Part shown: positions 8,528 through 19,237 of the stretch, piece after piece
Position numbering within the stretch: position 1 is the first letter of the stretch
Layout: every line of letters starts with the position of its first letter
Source: Candidatus Dormiibacterota bacterium
GTDB lineage: Bacteria > Chloroflexota > Dormibacteria > Aeolococcales > Aeolococcaceae
Length of the DNA stretch: 64,000 nt
Assembly: GCA_963718525.1 (NCBI GenBank)
Contig: OY970355.1
Location: forward strand, 2,240,001 to 2,304,000
Direction of reading: 5' to 3'
The notes under the pieces: generated by a model
What the model saw: the letters and a program-made list of their open reading frames with translations, nothing else
What the model was told of the DNA's origin: nothing
Database searches by the model: none
Made by a program: the position numbers and the translations under genes

Positions 8528-9304
8528 TCACATTCGGCGGGGTCGAGGGTCGGTTGAGTCGGGCGACCGCAACGATCCAGCCAACAGGGCGGCCGAGGTA
8601 TCCGAAAGCCAATGAGCCGCAGCCAACGGCGCGAGTCGACGCCCGCGAGTCGTGTATACGGCGATGAACGCCGCCGAAACGGGCAGCATCGTCATCGCTC
8701 GCATTACGGCGTAGCGACGCCCTGGGAGAGCGGGTATTACCGTGTGCTGAAGTGCCCAGGCGATCGCTGTGAGCGTTGCTGCCGGGAGCCGCCCGATCCG
8801 GTCCTCGAGTCGCGGGAGTGCATAGCCGAGGTATGTTGCTTGTTCGCTGATACCCCACACAACCGGCCATATCGTGATGCTGTATGCCTTGGTCCATCCG
8901 TGCAGGTGCGCAACGCGGATCTGGGGTGGATACGGATCACCGTCGCTGAGGGGCCGCGACAGAAGTTGACTCGCAAATGTCGCCGGTACGACAAGCGCGA
9001 CGTCAGCCAGCGCCGAACGAAGCGGACGAGGCGGGCGCTCCTCAAAGCCCATCGCCGTCCGCAGCGGGGTGCTCTCCCGGCGAGCCTGTTGGGCCAGGAT
9101 GGCGATACACCCCAGATCCACCAGGGACGTATACGCCATCCAGTACTGCGCCGCGGCTCTCCACGATTGCCGGGACACCTTCCTCTGCAGGATCAAAGCC
9201 GTGATGCCTTGGGCAGCCAAGGACAGCACCGGTCGGCAGACCAGCATCACTAGCGGAACCGCAACAGCGGGGTCGGTGCGATGCGGTGCTTGCGCCGATC
9301 TCAC
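8528..9304 (-). CDS. CPBP (CAAX-protease-like) intramembrane protein
   Basis: SEQATYLGYALPRL, WALQH and AAAHWLSD motif spacing; start uncertain. Confidence 0.6.
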   Translation of the reverse strand: MRSAQAPHRTDPAVAVPLVMLVCRPVLSLAAQGITALILQRKVSRQSWRAAAQYWMAYTSLVDLGCIAILAQQARRESTPLRTAMGFEERPPRPLRSALADVALVVPATFASQLLSRPLSDGDPYPPQIRVAHLHGWTKAYSITIWPVVWGISEQATYLGYALPRLEDRIGRLPAATLTAIAWALQHTVIPALPGRRYAVMRAMTMLPVSAAFIAVYTTRGRRLAPLAAAHWLSDTSAALLAGSLRSPDSTDPRPRRM

Positions 9305-9365
9305 TGGCGCGATCTGAGGTCATGAATGCTCACGGCTACGAGGAGTCTCGCTTTCATGCGGCTCT

Positions 9366-10901
9366 TCATATGCCCCGTGGCCGCGGCTGGCCGAGGGGAC
9401 TGGGCGGCGCCGGCGCCACAACGCTCGCGGAGCCGGTTGTTTCATCACCACCCACATCGAGCCGGAATGGCGGGTACTCGTCCCGAAGCAGAAGCACGTA
9501 TGCAAGGACGCGGAAGACCCACCGGTTCAGCCCCATGACGAGATCGAAGATGCCGCGCGGGTAGTGCCCGGTGAACAGCATGGCCACCGCGGCGACGAGC
9601 ACGAGGATGGTGATCAGCCCCGTGTACGGTGCGGCGTACGACGACGCCCCGTGCACCGCGAGCGCGGTACCACCGACCAGCACCGCCACAACGAGATAGT
9701 GCGGGATAGCGAGGAGCCACCACTTGACGAGCACGAGCCCTCGAGACAGGCGTGCAGGGTAGGAAATCTCCAGGGTCGCCGGATACTCCGCTGCTGAATT
9801 GAGGGTGAACGGCGGATAGTGATCCGTGCCGAGTGCGCTGTAGCCGTAGAAGCTGACCCGCCACCACCAGCGGAGAACCCCAACATTGAAATCGAAGATC
9901 GAACGCGGATACCGCCCTGTGAAAAGGATCGCGAAGAATGCGATCACGGTGAGCACGAACGCCGCGATGAACAGAACCGCCAGGACGATGTAATGTGGAA
10001 TCAGGAGGATCCACTTCACCAACCAGAGCCACCGACTGGGCATCGCATCAGGGTGTCCCTCGATGCGGAGTGGGTAGCTCGCGCCAGTCGGAGCGACTGG
10101 TGGCGGTGGCCCCGCGCCGAAGACGGGCGACGGGAGGATTGGCGGAGATGGGGGTGGAGCCACCCAGGTTTGCGACCTGCCGGGTTCCCGAGACCGCGAC
10201 ATGGCGATGCCTCCGAAGAGGAGAGCGCCCGCCACCAGCAGAGCCACGCCGCCGCCTATCAACAACCCGAGCGCCAGGGCGAAGAGGAATGGCGCCGTTG
10301 CTCCAACCGACACATCGGCGGCGACGGTCTGCGAGCCGTCCGCATTCATGAGCACGATCGCCCAATGGCCGTTTGCGGGGCTCCACGTCAGTGACTGCGT
10401 GCCGCTACCAGAGACATGCGCCTTCCAGAATGTCTGCGAAGCCGGCGACGCAGGGGCGCCGCCACTGTGCGGTAGGTAGTCGGGCCCTCCCGACGTCCCA
10501 AGGAATCCCTGCAGCTGGTCATATGCGACCCCGGCGAGGTATTGCTGCACATCAGCGCTTGGCGCAATACCGATGAACAGTGGGCTCGCTGTGCCCGCGT
10601 TTGCCACGACGCGCACCGAGCCGAGCGCACCGGTGGGGACATGCCATCCAGGCGCATCAGTGGCGACGTTGAGATCGGTTGCCGCAATCGCGTATGAGGC
10701 GGTCGTCAGACGGGTGCTCGGAGACGACAAGTAGCCGGCCGTATCCCGCTGCGTTCGGTCTGCCCACATCAGCACTCCGCCGCCGGCGAGCAGGCCGAGT
10801 GCAACCAGCGCGACGATGCTGCCGAGGATGACGAGCGCGATACCGCCAGCGCGCGAGCCGCCCGCGGGCGTGGCCGTTGCTCCATCTGGTTGGGCACTCA
10901 T
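9366..10901 (-). CDS. DUF4389-domain membrane protein
   Basis: Two LSR.L.LVKW.L.IPHY...FTG.YPR.IFD...G..RW..RV..Y.....D.YPPF repeats. Confidence 0.85.
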   Translation of the reverse strand: MSAQPDGATATPAGGSRAGGIALVILGSIVALVALGLLAGGGVLMWADRTQRDTAGYLSSPSTRLTTASYAIAATDLNVATDAPGWHVPTGALGSVRVVANAGTASPLFIGIAPSADVQQYLAGVAYDQLQGFLGTSGGPDYLPHSGGAPASPASQTFWKAHVSGSGTQSLTWSPANGHWAIVLMNADGSQTVAADVSVGATAPFLFALALGLLIGGGVALLVAGALLFGGIAMSRSREPGRSQTWVAPPPSPPILPSPVFGAGPPPPVAPTGASYPLRIEGHPDAMPSRWLWLVKWILLIPHYIVLAVLFIAAFVLTVIAFFAILFTGRYPRSIFDFNVGVLRWWWRVSFYGYSALGTDHYPPFTLNSAAEYPATLEISYPARLSRGLVLVKWWLLAIPHYLVVAVLVGGTALAVHGASSYAAPYTGLITILVLVAAVAMLFTGHYPRGIFDLVMGLNRWVFRVLAYVLLLRDEYPPFRLDVGGDETTGSASVVAPAPPSPLGQPRPRGI

Positions 10902-11001
10902 GGCTGCTCTCCCTGGTTCTCGAAGTTCTACCCCAGAGAGTGGATCTTCAGCGCGGCCGGCGGCCAGGGTCGAAAGTCATGAGCGCGTCAGGCCACTTGG
11001 A

Positions 11002-11493
11002 CTACGTCAGTTGCATTGCGGATGCGCCGAGGGAGGCGGCTATGGAGCCGGCCCATTCGTCGATGCGATCCCACTTGCGGTAGTCGTCATGCGGGGCTCG
11101 CACCGCTTTGACCATCAGCCGCTCCGAAAGCGAGAGCTTCTGTGCGTCGATGGCGCCATCAAACGTGACATCGTCCCTGACGTTGAGCAGTGTGCGAAAG
11201 TCCGCGAGGTCGGCGGCCTCGGGTAAGGACTTTGGCCCCACAGGCCCGCTGCTGAAGAGCCACAGCGGTATGCGCACCAGCTGCGCTTGACGTTGGCGAA
11301 CAAACGACGTTGCCTCCTTCATCCAGCGTCCCATATAGACCGCGCTACCGATGATGGCTGCGTCATAGTGCTGAAGGTCTGAAATGGACATGACGCATGC
11401 CTCCAGACCGCGCAGACGCTGGACTGCGCCGATGCGCTCGGCGATCCCAGCTGTGGCGCCATGCTTACTCGCGTATGCAATGAGGATGCTCAT
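11002..11493 (-). CDS. Flavodoxin-domain protein (HemG-like)
   Basis: MSILIAYASKHGATAGIAERI, IIGSAVYMGRW, WLFSSGP, DYRKWDRIDEWA. Confidence 0.85.
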   Translation of the reverse strand: MSILIAYASKHGATAGIAERIGAVQRLRGLEACVMSISDLQHYDAAIIGSAVYMGRWMKEATSFVRQRQAQLVRIPLWLFSSGPVGPKSLPEAADLADFRTLLNVRDDVTFDGAIDAQKLSLSERLMVKAVRAPHDDYRKWDRIDEWAGSIAASLGASAMQLT

Positions 11494-12060
11494 GCCGACG
11501 CGCCCGCGCCGTCCAGAGGCGAGCTCTGTGGAAGGAGTGCGACGAGTCCGGCGCCCTCGACGGATGTGAGAGCAGCGAGCGCCGCCCACGCGGCGCGCTT
11601 CACACGGGTGGCAGGGCGGACGGAGCGTCTGATGGCGTAGAGGCTGGTCGCGAACGCTGCAGCCGCGCACGTCAAGCGGAGCGTCGGATGTGTGACCAAG
11701 TACCCAATGGGGCCGCGCAGATCGCGGCCAGTCACGGTCGCATTGGAGCCGAAGAGCTTACAGACATGGCACTACTCCTCACGGTTATAGGCTTCATGTC
11801 AGCATGTTGAAAGCTCCGCTGCGGCGGCGACAGAGGCGTTGGTCACAAGTGCACCTATCGACAAAGAATCGGTTGACCATATGCGTCACTCCATCGCGCT
11901 GGTTGAGCGTGCGCAGGTCCGAAGGAGCGCCTCTTGTCTGCCGTCTCGCGCAGCGCGAGGATGAGAGCAAGCATCGCCAGCGGCAGCTTGAGCCGCCATC
12001 CGCGGCACCGACCGTTACCTGTACGCTGCCACCCGTATCCCGGATGCCATCGCAGCCGAC

Positions 12061-12645
12061 TTGATATTTGATGAATCCGACAGCGGCGGCGCGAGCCTGG
12101 CGGAGACCAACCGTCTCACCCAGGCGGTAGAGGCCGCGCAGCGTGGCGAGGCACACGGGTGGAACGCTCTGTTCGAGCGCTTTTACCCCGATGTGCATGC
12201 ATATGCGCTCGCGCGCCTCGGCGACCTCGCGGCGGCTGAAGATGTGACACAGGAAGTGTTTGTGGCGGCAGTGACTTCGATCAAGACGCTCCGGGACAGG
12301 CGGGAGCCGGCTGTGCAGGCATGGTTCCTGCACATCTGCCGCTATAAGGTTGTCGATCACATCCGTCGGGGCGGTCGCCAGCGTGGGCTCGCACTCGACA
12401 CCGGCCCCCCGAGCGACGATCCGAGCGCTGTCACTGAGACGAACATTGAGGCGGACCGAGTGCGCACTGCCATGGTCCACCTCACCGAGGACCAGCGCGA
12501 CGTCCTGATCCGCCGGTTTGTTCTCGATCAATCGCTTGAGGATGTTGCCTCGACGACGAAACGGACCGTCGGCGCGGTGAAGTCGCTGCAACACCGGGCG
12601 CTCGAGTCGCTGCGCCGGGCGCTCAGTCCGAAGAGGGCGGCATGA
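12061..12645 (+). CDS. ECF sigma-70 factor
   Basis: AEDVTQEVF, AWFLHICRYKVVDHIRR, LTEDQRDVLIRRF..GAVKSLQHRALESLRR. Confidence 0.9.
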   Translation: MIFDESDSGGASLAETNRLTQAVEAAQRGEAHGWNALFERFYPDVHAYALARLGDLAAAEDVTQEVFVAAVTSIKTLRDRREPAVQAWFLHICRYKVVDHIRRGGRQRGLALDTGPPSDDPSAVTETNIEADRVRTAMVHLTEDQRDVLIRRFVLDQSLEDVASTTKRTVGAVKSLQHRALESLRRALSPKRAA

Positions 12646-13379
12646 CCGACTGGATCGATCCGCAGCTCTCCGCCTCGCTCGACGCCTGGCGCCTGAGCAG
12701 CCGCCGCGCGCCCCGCCGCCACGCTCGCGAACGCGCGCACGACGCAATGCTCGACGCGATGATCGTCGCGTCCCGGAGACCTCGGGCGCGAAGCTTCTTC
12801 GGCCTGCGCCCTCGTTTCGGCCGCGCGGGCTTGATCGCCTCGACGGTAACGATCGTGGCCGCTACGAGCGTTGCCGCGGCCGGGTGGAACGCACCACCAG
12901 GATCTGCGCTCTTCATGGTGCGCGAGGCACGCCAGGGCGTGATGCTCAAGCTTCCTGGCGCGGATGACGTGACGCTCCACCTCCAGTTCGCAGAGTCAAG
13001 CCTTGCGGATGCGAGACAAGGAATCAATCCAGCCCAGAGCCTCGCGGACGCCGGCACGGAACTCAAGGCGGCGTTCACGGCACTTTCCAGCGAGCCGTCG
13101 TCGCCTTTCTGGTCCCGGTACCAACTCGACGAGGCAACCCTGCTCAGCGAGGAATCCGGGACCGAGTCGGAGGGCCCTTTGCCACTGCCCGCCGGCACCG
13201 CGCGCCCGACTGAGGATGACACTCCCCGTTTGGGGGCGAATCCTGCGGAGGCGGACGGGAGCGAGAGTCCGTCCTCGTCGGGTGGTCACGGTGGCCCCGC
13301 ATCGACCGGAGTCAGTGGGAGTGATGGAGGTGGCCGTGACCCCTCACCGAGCCCAGGGCAGACCCCGCCGGACGACTGA
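12642..13379 (+). CDS. Putative membrane anti-sigma partner (DUF5667-like)
   Basis: ATGA overlap with the sigma gene; one TM, then APPGSALFMVREARQ; low-complexity tail. Confidence 0.6.
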   Translation: MTDWIDPQLSASLDAWRLSSRRAPRRHARERAHDAMLDAMIVASRRPRARSFFGLRPRFGRAGLIASTVTIVAATSVAAAGWNAPPGSALFMVREARQGVMLKLPGADDVTLHLQFAESSLADARQGINPAQSLADAGTELKAAFTALSSEPSSPFWSRYQLDEATLLSEESGTESEGPLPLPAGTARPTEDDTPRLGANPAEADGSESPSSSGGHGGPASTGVSGSDGGGRDPSPSPGQTPPDD

Positions 13380-13381
13380 GG

Positions 13382-13609
13382 TCAACGCTCGCGGGCGCGG
13401 AGCCGCGCGAGCTGGAGCGCGACCCGCGGGCACTCGTTGACCGCGCGCTCCGCCAGGCGTAGCAGGCGCGTGTCCTCGATCGGAATCGAGGACACGATCG
13501 GGTAGCCCCATTCATCGAGCTCCACGAGTTCCGGCACGATCTCGGCGCAATACCGGGCTCCGTCACATCGAATTGGGTTGACCCGGAGACGCGGTCCAGA
13601 GCCGCTCAT
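13382..13609 (-). CDS. Ferredoxin (single cluster), module A
   Basis: VNPIRCDGARYCAEIVPE..LDEWGYP..AVNECPRVAL; ATGA overlap with the upstream gene. Confidence 0.88.
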   Translation of the reverse strand: MSGSGPRLRVNPIRCDGARYCAEIVPELVELDEWGYPIVSSIPIEDTRLLRLAERAVNECPRVALQLARLRARER

Positions 13610-14922
13610 CGCCATCCGAACGGAGAGCGAGGAGGCACAGGCAACGGCGTTGCACCCAACCCCGGGCAGGCATGCCCGCTGATATGGCGCTCGACATCGG
13701 CTGCGAAAGTATCGAGAGCAGTGCGGAGGTTGTTGACCGCGCCGTCGGGATGGTTGCAGGCTCCGCGACCCACGATCTGATCCGACCAGCGATGGATTCG
13801 GGTCAGATCGCCGCGATCGGCGTCGCCCGCGGCCAGCCGCGCCATCGCCTCTGCGACGGCGCGAAGCCCGAAGATACACGGCCCGCATTGGCCGGCGCTC
13901 TCGCGGGCGAGGTAGCTCACGATCCTCGCCAACTCGCCGACGCCACACCCGTCATTTCCGAGCATCCCGATGATGCCGCATCCAAGGGAGACGTGCTCCG
14001 GGCAGAGCGTTGCTGCAGCCCCGCGCTCCGACCCGAGCCACGTACCGAAGTACCCACCGATCAGCAGTCCCGCCGGCGCCGAGAGCACACCTCCGGCGGC
14101 GGCGACCACGCTCAGCAGCGACGATCCGAGGTCAACCTCGTACACACCCGGCCGCGCTATGTTGCCGGTCAGCGTCACCAACCCCGTACCAGGGGCAGCC
14201 GCGGTACCTCGCTCGCGAAACCAGGCATCGCCGTACCGCGCGATCAGCGCGACGTGGGCGATCGTCTCGGCGTTCTGTACGAGAGTGGGGCGTCCAAGCA
14301 CACCGTGCTCCGACGGATGCGGTGGACTGAACGACGGCTTCGCCGGTCCTCCGTTCACACGACGCACCACGGCCGAAGACTCACCGGCGACGTATCGATG
14401 CTGCGTGTGGACGATCCGGATATGCGGCTCCTTGACCCCGTCGCGCCTGCGCTCGCCAATGGCTTGCCGCAGCGCCCGCGTCGCGCGCCGAGCCGGACGC
14501 GAGACATAGATGACAACATCATCGGCGCCCACCGCCTCGGCGGCGATCAGCGCGCCGTCGATGAGGAGGTGAGGCCGCTTCTCCGCCAGGAGTTTGTCCT
14601 TCGCCGAGAGCGGTTCTCCTTCGGATGCATTCACGACGACCACCGACGGCTCCCCCCGCTCGAGCGCGAGCCGGCTCACACCGCGCCACTTGCGGTGTGT
14701 CGGGAACCATGCGCCACCATGACCGCGCAGACCGCTGCGCTCGATGACATCCAGGAGCCAATCTGCGCCGATCGGGCGCCGGCCAAGTCGCCGCCGGTGC
14801 TCGACCAGCGTCTCGGCGCCGGAGTTGAGTCGTGGTCCGGCGAGCAGCCGTGGAGTGCCACCGGCACCTTCGGTATAGAGCGGCGGTGCATCCAGCGGAG
14901 TGCGAACCGCGGTCACGGTCAT
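13606..14922 (-). CDS. NuoF-like FMN/NADH-binding 4Fe-4S protein, module A
   Basis: SGLRGHGGAWFP, VNASEGEP..KD, YVAGESSA, ESAGQCGPC..G, GRGACNHPDG. Confidence 0.88.
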   Translation of the reverse strand: MTVTAVRTPLDAPPLYTEGAGGTPRLLAGPRLNSGAETLVEHRRRLGRRPIGADWLLDVIERSGLRGHGGAWFPTHRKWRGVSRLALERGEPSVVVVNASEGEPLSAKDKLLAEKRPHLLIDGALIAAEAVGADDVVIYVSRPARRATRALRQAIGERRRDGVKEPHIRIVHTQHRYVAGESSAVVRRVNGGPAKPSFSPPHPSEHGVLGRPTLVQNAETIAHVALIARYGDAWFRERGTAAAPGTGLVTLTGNIARPGVYEVDLGSSLLSVVAAAGGVLSAPAGLLIGGYFGTWLGSERGAAATLCPEHVSLGCGIIGMLGNDGCGVGELARIVSYLARESAGQCGPCIFGLRAVAEAMARLAAGDADRGDLTRIHRWSDQIVGRGACNHPDGAVNNLRTALDTFAADVERHISGHACPGLGATPLPVPPRSPFGWR

Positions 14923-15950
14923 CGCAGGGGTCCCGAGGTGACCAGACGTCCCGTGATCGACGGTCCAGTCCCGAACATAGTGATGACCAGGCGCGTGCCC
15001 TTGCAGACGGCATAGACCGAAACTCCCACTCGGGCCGGCACATTTGCGCAGACGGTCACGCCATTTCGAGCAACGGTCAGCTGTGGCAACGTTTCGGTGG
15101 GTCCGGCGGGCGTGATCACCACCGTCAACGCCGTGTCCACGATGTCGCGCAAACCGATGTCGACGCCGACCGGTGTCTTCGTCACTGTGCCGATCAGGGC
15201 GTCGGAGAACCCGTGCGTGGCGGAACGGATCGGTGGCGAGCTGGGCTTCGAGGTGAGGATTGACGCCGGCGTACCGGCAGTGACGGCCCAGCCCGGGCGG
15301 AGCGGGCCGGCCACGCTCCAGGCGCAGATCGCGTACGTCGCCATCACCACGACCACGCCGCTTGAGAGGCGCACTGGCAGGGTGCGCAGGCGACCGACCA
15401 GCAGGCGCTGCGCCAGGCTGACGAGCACTGCTGCCATGCACGCAGCGGTGAGGCCGAGCATCCACGGTTCCTGGGAGTCCGAGCCGGTTCCGAGCCCATG
15501 CACCACCGCCAGAGGCCACGACGCATACGCGGCCCAGTGGATGATCCGCCAGACGCGGGGACCTATCCGGCCGCGCAGGAGGCTGGTCACCGTGACCGCC
15601 AGCAGCACCTCGGCGGCGAGGACGCCGAGCCCGAGCCAGAACGTCCGGTACGCGCCCGCGAACGGAACGACCGCATCGACAGGTCGAATCCCCGCGAACG
15701 GGTCGAGAACCGAAGTCGCGATGTGCACCGCCAGGAGCAGGATCGTGAAGAGCGCGAAGTTGCGATGCAGCGCCGCAATGACGAAGCGCGGGGAGCGCTG
15801 ACCCGTCACCCGGAGCGACGTTGAGATCCCCAGGATCACGACCCCGGTCAGACAGACGAGCGTCATGACGCCGGCACCGCGCGTGGCAAACCACAGCGGA
15901 CTAGGCCCGGCCGAGAACGCCGCGAGCATCAAACCGGGCTTCGGTGTCAA
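14919..15950 (-). CDS. Ferric-reductase-like (MsrQ-like) membrane cytochrome with a C-terminal extracytoplasmic domain, module A
   Basis: LWFATRGAG, ALHRN, AVHIA, WRIIHWAAY, VVHGLGTGSD (four His); start 15950 (TTG) or 15929. Confidence 0.85.
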   Translation of the reverse strand: MTPKPGLMLAAFSAGPSPLWFATRGAGVMTLVCLTGVVILGISTSLRVTGQRSPRFVIAALHRNFALFTILLLAVHIATSVLDPFAGIRPVDAVVPFAGAYRTFWLGLGVLAAEVLLAVTVTSLLRGRIGPRVWRIIHWAAYASWPLAVVHGLGTGSDSQEPWMLGLTAACMAAVLVSLAQRLLVGRLRTLPVRLSSGVVVVMATYAICAWSVAGPLRPGWAVTAGTPASILTSKPSSPPIRSATHGFSDALIGTVTKTPVGVDIGLRDIVDTALTVVITPAGPTETLPQLTVARNGVTVCANVPARVGVSVYAVCKGTRLVITMFGTGPSITGRLVTSGPLR

Positions 15951-16873
15951 GCCGGCCACCGCCCTGCCCTCACGATGGAGCCGTCAAGCCTGACAAGGCG
16001 TGCCGGCACGCCAAGGCTGTCGAGCCACGAGGGCGCGCCTTCTCCCAGCACGATCGAGGCGGTCGCGGCAGCGTTGGCCTGAGCACACGACGCGGCAGCG
16101 ACGCTGGCCATCACCCACGGAGAGTCCGACGGGAGCCCCGTTGCGGGATCGAGGATGTGGTGAAGGACCTCTCCGCCACGGCGCCAAGTCCTGCTGCCGG
16201 TGCCAGAGGTGGCGACACCGCCGTCGAACACGTGGATGTCCTGCCAGTCCGCCGAGTCGATCGCTTCGGCGACCCTGACGCACCACCCGTCCTTGGGACC
16301 CGGTCCGGACACCGCCACATCGCCGCCACACGACACCAGCACCCCGGTGCCGGCTCGCCGCGACGCGGCGAGGGCAGCGCGGTCGGCGGCCCACGCCTTG
16401 CCGATCGCGCCGAGGTCGATCGACGCGCCCTCCGGGAGGGTCACGGTACGGTGGACCCGATCGTGCTCGATGCTCGCCCATCCCGGCGCTGAGCGGATCT
16501 GGAGATCGATCGCGGGACCGTCCGCGGGCAGGTCGACAAAGGTCACCGTGTAGCCGATCCGCTCCATGAGCCCACCGATGGTGGGATCGACCAGCCCTTC
16601 CGTGGCCGCGGCGGCCCAAAGAGCGTTGCCGATGACGTCGTCGAGCAGTTCTGAGACTCGAACCGGCCCGTACCCGGCCGACCTGTTGAGCATCGAGATC
16701 TCCGAATCCGGTCGAAATCGAGAGCACGCCTCGTCGACCGCGTGGATCACCTCGCGTGCGGCTGCGGTCGCAGGCGCCAGTGCGTCGGGGTCGTCAACCG
16801 CCACGACGTTCAGCGTGCCCATGGCACGGAATGTGCGAGAGGTCAACACGGATGCGTTGGCGTCGAGTGACAT
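15947..16873 (-). CDS. apbE: FAD:protein FMN transferase (ApbE family), module A
   Basis: FRAMGT, CSRFRPDSEI, DLGAIGKAWAAD, VATSG, HHILDPATG, ANAAATA. Confidence 0.92.
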   Translation of the reverse strand: MSLDANASVLTSRTFRAMGTLNVVAVDDPDALAPATAAAREVIHAVDEACSRFRPDSEISMLNRSAGYGPVRVSELLDDVIGNALWAAAATEGLVDPTIGGLMERIGYTVTFVDLPADGPAIDLQIRSAPGWASIEHDRVHRTVTLPEGASIDLGAIGKAWAADRAALAASRRAGTGVLVSCGGDVAVSGPGPKDGWCVRVAEAIDSADWQDIHVFDGGVATSGTGSRTWRRGGEVLHHILDPATGLPSDSPWVMASVAAASCAQANAAATASIVLGEGAPSWLDSLGVPARLVRLDGSIVRAGRWPA

Positions 16874-17271
16874 GCCGGTGGCGGCGGGGGCGGAGGAGGT
16901 GGTGGCGAGGAACCCTTCGCAGAGCCGCCGGGCGCTGATCGAGGCGGGGAGATCCCACCCGACGCCCGGTATGAGGCTCCTGCCGAAGCCGGAACGTGGA
17001 CAACTCTGATGATCACGGCCGGCGACGCTGGTGCCGATTGGACCGGTGCTGTCTCGGGAGGGATCGGCGGCACGCGCTCGACCGGCGCGCTCGTCGCGGC
17101 CGCAAAACCGGCTGCGCTGACCGCCGACAACGCTCCGGTGACCGCGACGACGCCGGAAACCCCGCCGATCGTCCATGACCCGACTCGCCTGAAAGCTTTG
17201 TCGCGGTCCTCGGGTCGATAGTGCGCCACCTCAGTTGTCTCCGCCGCCGCCACCACCACCGCAGCTGTCAT
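16843..17271 (-). CDS. Small single-TM Pro-rich protein
   Basis: RDKAFRRVGSWTIGG, TM, Pro-rich tail ending CHSTPTHPC; in operon with apbE; start uncertain. Confidence 0.6.
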   Translation of the reverse strand: MTAAVVVAAAETTEVAHYRPEDRDKAFRRVGSWTIGGVSGVVAVTGALSAVSAAGFAAATSAPVERVPPIPPETAPVQSAPASPAVIIRVVHVPASAGASYRASGGISPPRSAPGGSAKGSSPPPPPPPPPPACHSTPTHPC

Positions 17272-17608
17272 CGCACCACGGTGTCGGGGAAGGTGTGGCG
17301 GTCGGCGAGGGTGTCGCCGTCGCCGTCTCGCTCGGGCGTCCCGAGTAACCAGACGTGGGCCGCGCCGTTGGCGCGGGGTCGGTGATCACGATGGTTTCAT
17401 GAACGGTCGGAGGCTTCGTTGGAGCCGGATAGAGGCTGTCGGCCCGAAGCGGCGCACGTGGGAGTTGGACGGCGACGGTGTGCTGAACAGCGGCGCCGAG
17501 CGCCGCGAAGGGGCCGACGTGGCCTGCGGCGCCAACGCCGGTGATGACGCCGGTCAGCCCGACGAGTACGGCCGTCGAGACGAAGTGAGAGCGAGCATGA
17601 GGGCGCAA
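17231..17608 (-). CDS. Small secreted or anchored Pro/Thr-rich protein
   Basis: N-terminal hydrophobic segment, PT-rich linker, WCDDSCGGGGGGGDN end; ggagga upstream. Confidence 0.55.
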   Translation of the reverse strand: MRPHARSHFVSTAVLVGLTGVITGVGAAGHVGPFAALGAAVQHTVAVQLPRAPLRADSLYPAPTKPPTVHETIVITDPAPTARPTSGYSGRPSETATATPSPTATPSPTPWCDDSCGGGGGGGDN

Positions 17609-17864
17609 GGAAATCCTCCAGGTTGCGAGCGCCGCTACAGCGCCTGATCCATGCCACTAAGTCGCGCGAGATCCCAGGTTGGATACGGCCTGTGGGTCCC
17701 TTCTTAGGTTTCTCCACAGTGGAGCCGTGTGACGGCACGCGCTCCCTGCCGGCCGTCGCGGCGCTCGACTGATATCTCAGCGAACTCCGAGCATTCATCA
17801 AGTTTGTCGCCAGCGATCGATGGGACGCTGATGTCACTCATAACGCAACTTCCGGAGAACCGAT

Positions 17865-18191
17865 ATGTCACCCCTCCCACCACATCAGGAACGAGTCGAA
17901 CGACGAGATCGCGCCCTGGCTCTGCGCCGCAAGATCAAGGCATTGGCCGGCGCCGGAGGTGTCGCAGGGGTCGGCCTTGTCGGCTATCTTGTGGCTGTCG
18001 GCTCTCCGACAAAGACGGCGATCCCAGCAGTGTCGGCCGTGCGAACGGTGACCACCGTCATCACGGTCGGTGACGATGGTGTCATCTCGAAGACGACGAC
18101 CACCACGCTTTCGCCGGGAACAGCGACCGCCGGCGCCGCAGCCAGCGCTGTCACAGTTACGGGTGGCTCGACAGTTGTCAAGAAGCCTTAA
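17865..18191 (+). CDS. Small single-TM protein with a near-terminal TGGS motif
   Basis: RBS ggag; RRDRALALRRK, TM, Thr-rich linker, VTVTGGS; divergent from module A. Confidence 0.7.
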   Translation: MSPLPPHQERVERRDRALALRRKIKALAGAGGVAGVGLVGYLVAVGSPTKTAIPAVSAVRTVTTVITVGDDGVISKTTTTTLSPGTATAGAAASAVTVTGGSTVVKKP

Positions 18192-18289
18192 CGAGCGTGC
18201 TGAGGGCACACCGTGCGGCCTTCCCTGAATGACTCCCCCCGGCTCGAACCTTCGCGAGGGACGAGCTCCAACGCGAACGATGTCGTTGC

Positions 18290-18838
18290 CTAGTGCAGAC
18301 GCCGGATGAGCAGGGCCAAGCCGAGAACAACAAGAGCAACCGGCCAAACGTATCGTGCGCTCGCCCAGTCGAGCACTCCGAGATTGGCGAGAAGAAGCCA
18401 CAGTCCCAGGACGATCAAAGCGAGCCCAAGCAGCGGGACACTGCGCTCGTGCCGATATCCAGCTCGTTGCGCGGCCCGCGAGGTTGACGCTTGGTCAACG
18501 CCGCCCGACGGGTTGGTCGGGGGTGGCGGTGGAGGCGGCCATGCGCCCGCGATCGAGCTGCCGAACTCGCGGCCGACGTCCTTCAATTCGGTCGCCAGGT
18601 TGCGGACTCCCTCACCGATGCCTGCACCGCCGGTCGCGACGGTGGATCCAGCTGCCGGCATCAGGATCCAAAGCATCAGATACGCAAGCACTCCTGCGCC
18701 ACCGGCTGCGGTAAGGATCACGAACAGGATTCGCACCACGACGGGATCGATGTCGAAGTAATTGCCGAGGCCGTGACACACGCCCGCGATGACTCGGTCT
18801 TCGGGCCGTTCCAGGCGGCGTTGCGTTTGAGCGGACAT
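18290..18838 (-). CDS. PspC-domain envelope-stress protein with a LiaI/LiaF-like C-terminus
   Basis: RLERPEDRVIAGVCHGLGNYFDIDPVVVRILFV..YLMLWILMP; GLALIVLGLWLLL..WPVALVVLG. Confidence 0.88.
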   Translation of the reverse strand: MSAQTQRRLERPEDRVIAGVCHGLGNYFDIDPVVVRILFVILTAAGGAGVLAYLMLWILMPAAGSTVATGGAGIGEGVRNLATELKDVGREFGSSIAGAWPPPPPPPTNPSGGVDQASTSRAAQRAGYRHERSVPLLGLALIVLGLWLLLANLGVLDWASARYVWPVALVVLGLALLIRRLH

Positions 18839-19237
18839 GATCTTCCTCGATGGCGACAACGAGATCACTGGATTCAGTATCTCCGCACAGACGCTCTGTT
18901 CTCCAGTGCTCAAGGGCATCCAAGTCCGGGGTCGAAGTCATCGGCTCGACCTGCGACGTGAGCAAGACGCACCCAAGTGGCGAGGCTGATGGTGAGAACA
19001 CCAATCGGTTCAGGTCGAGGAGCGCGGGTGCCGCTCGACACGTGGCCGCGGTTAATGGCCTGGACCTGCCGGACCAGTGCGGGCGTGATGAGCTACTGGC
19101 GCAAGCCAGTAAGTCATGTGCCCTAGGACCTTTACGGCGTGGGACCTCTTCCTCTTGTCGCCATCGCTACAAGCGGCGAAGGTGGTGTGAGCAGGCTGGA
19201 CTGCCAGCTCGGCCACACTGGATCGTGAGAAGTTGGA

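Noticed and set aside
13606-14922. Respiratory complex I (nuo) operon
   Set aside because: No other nuo subunits are present; the NuoF-like genes are stand-alone.
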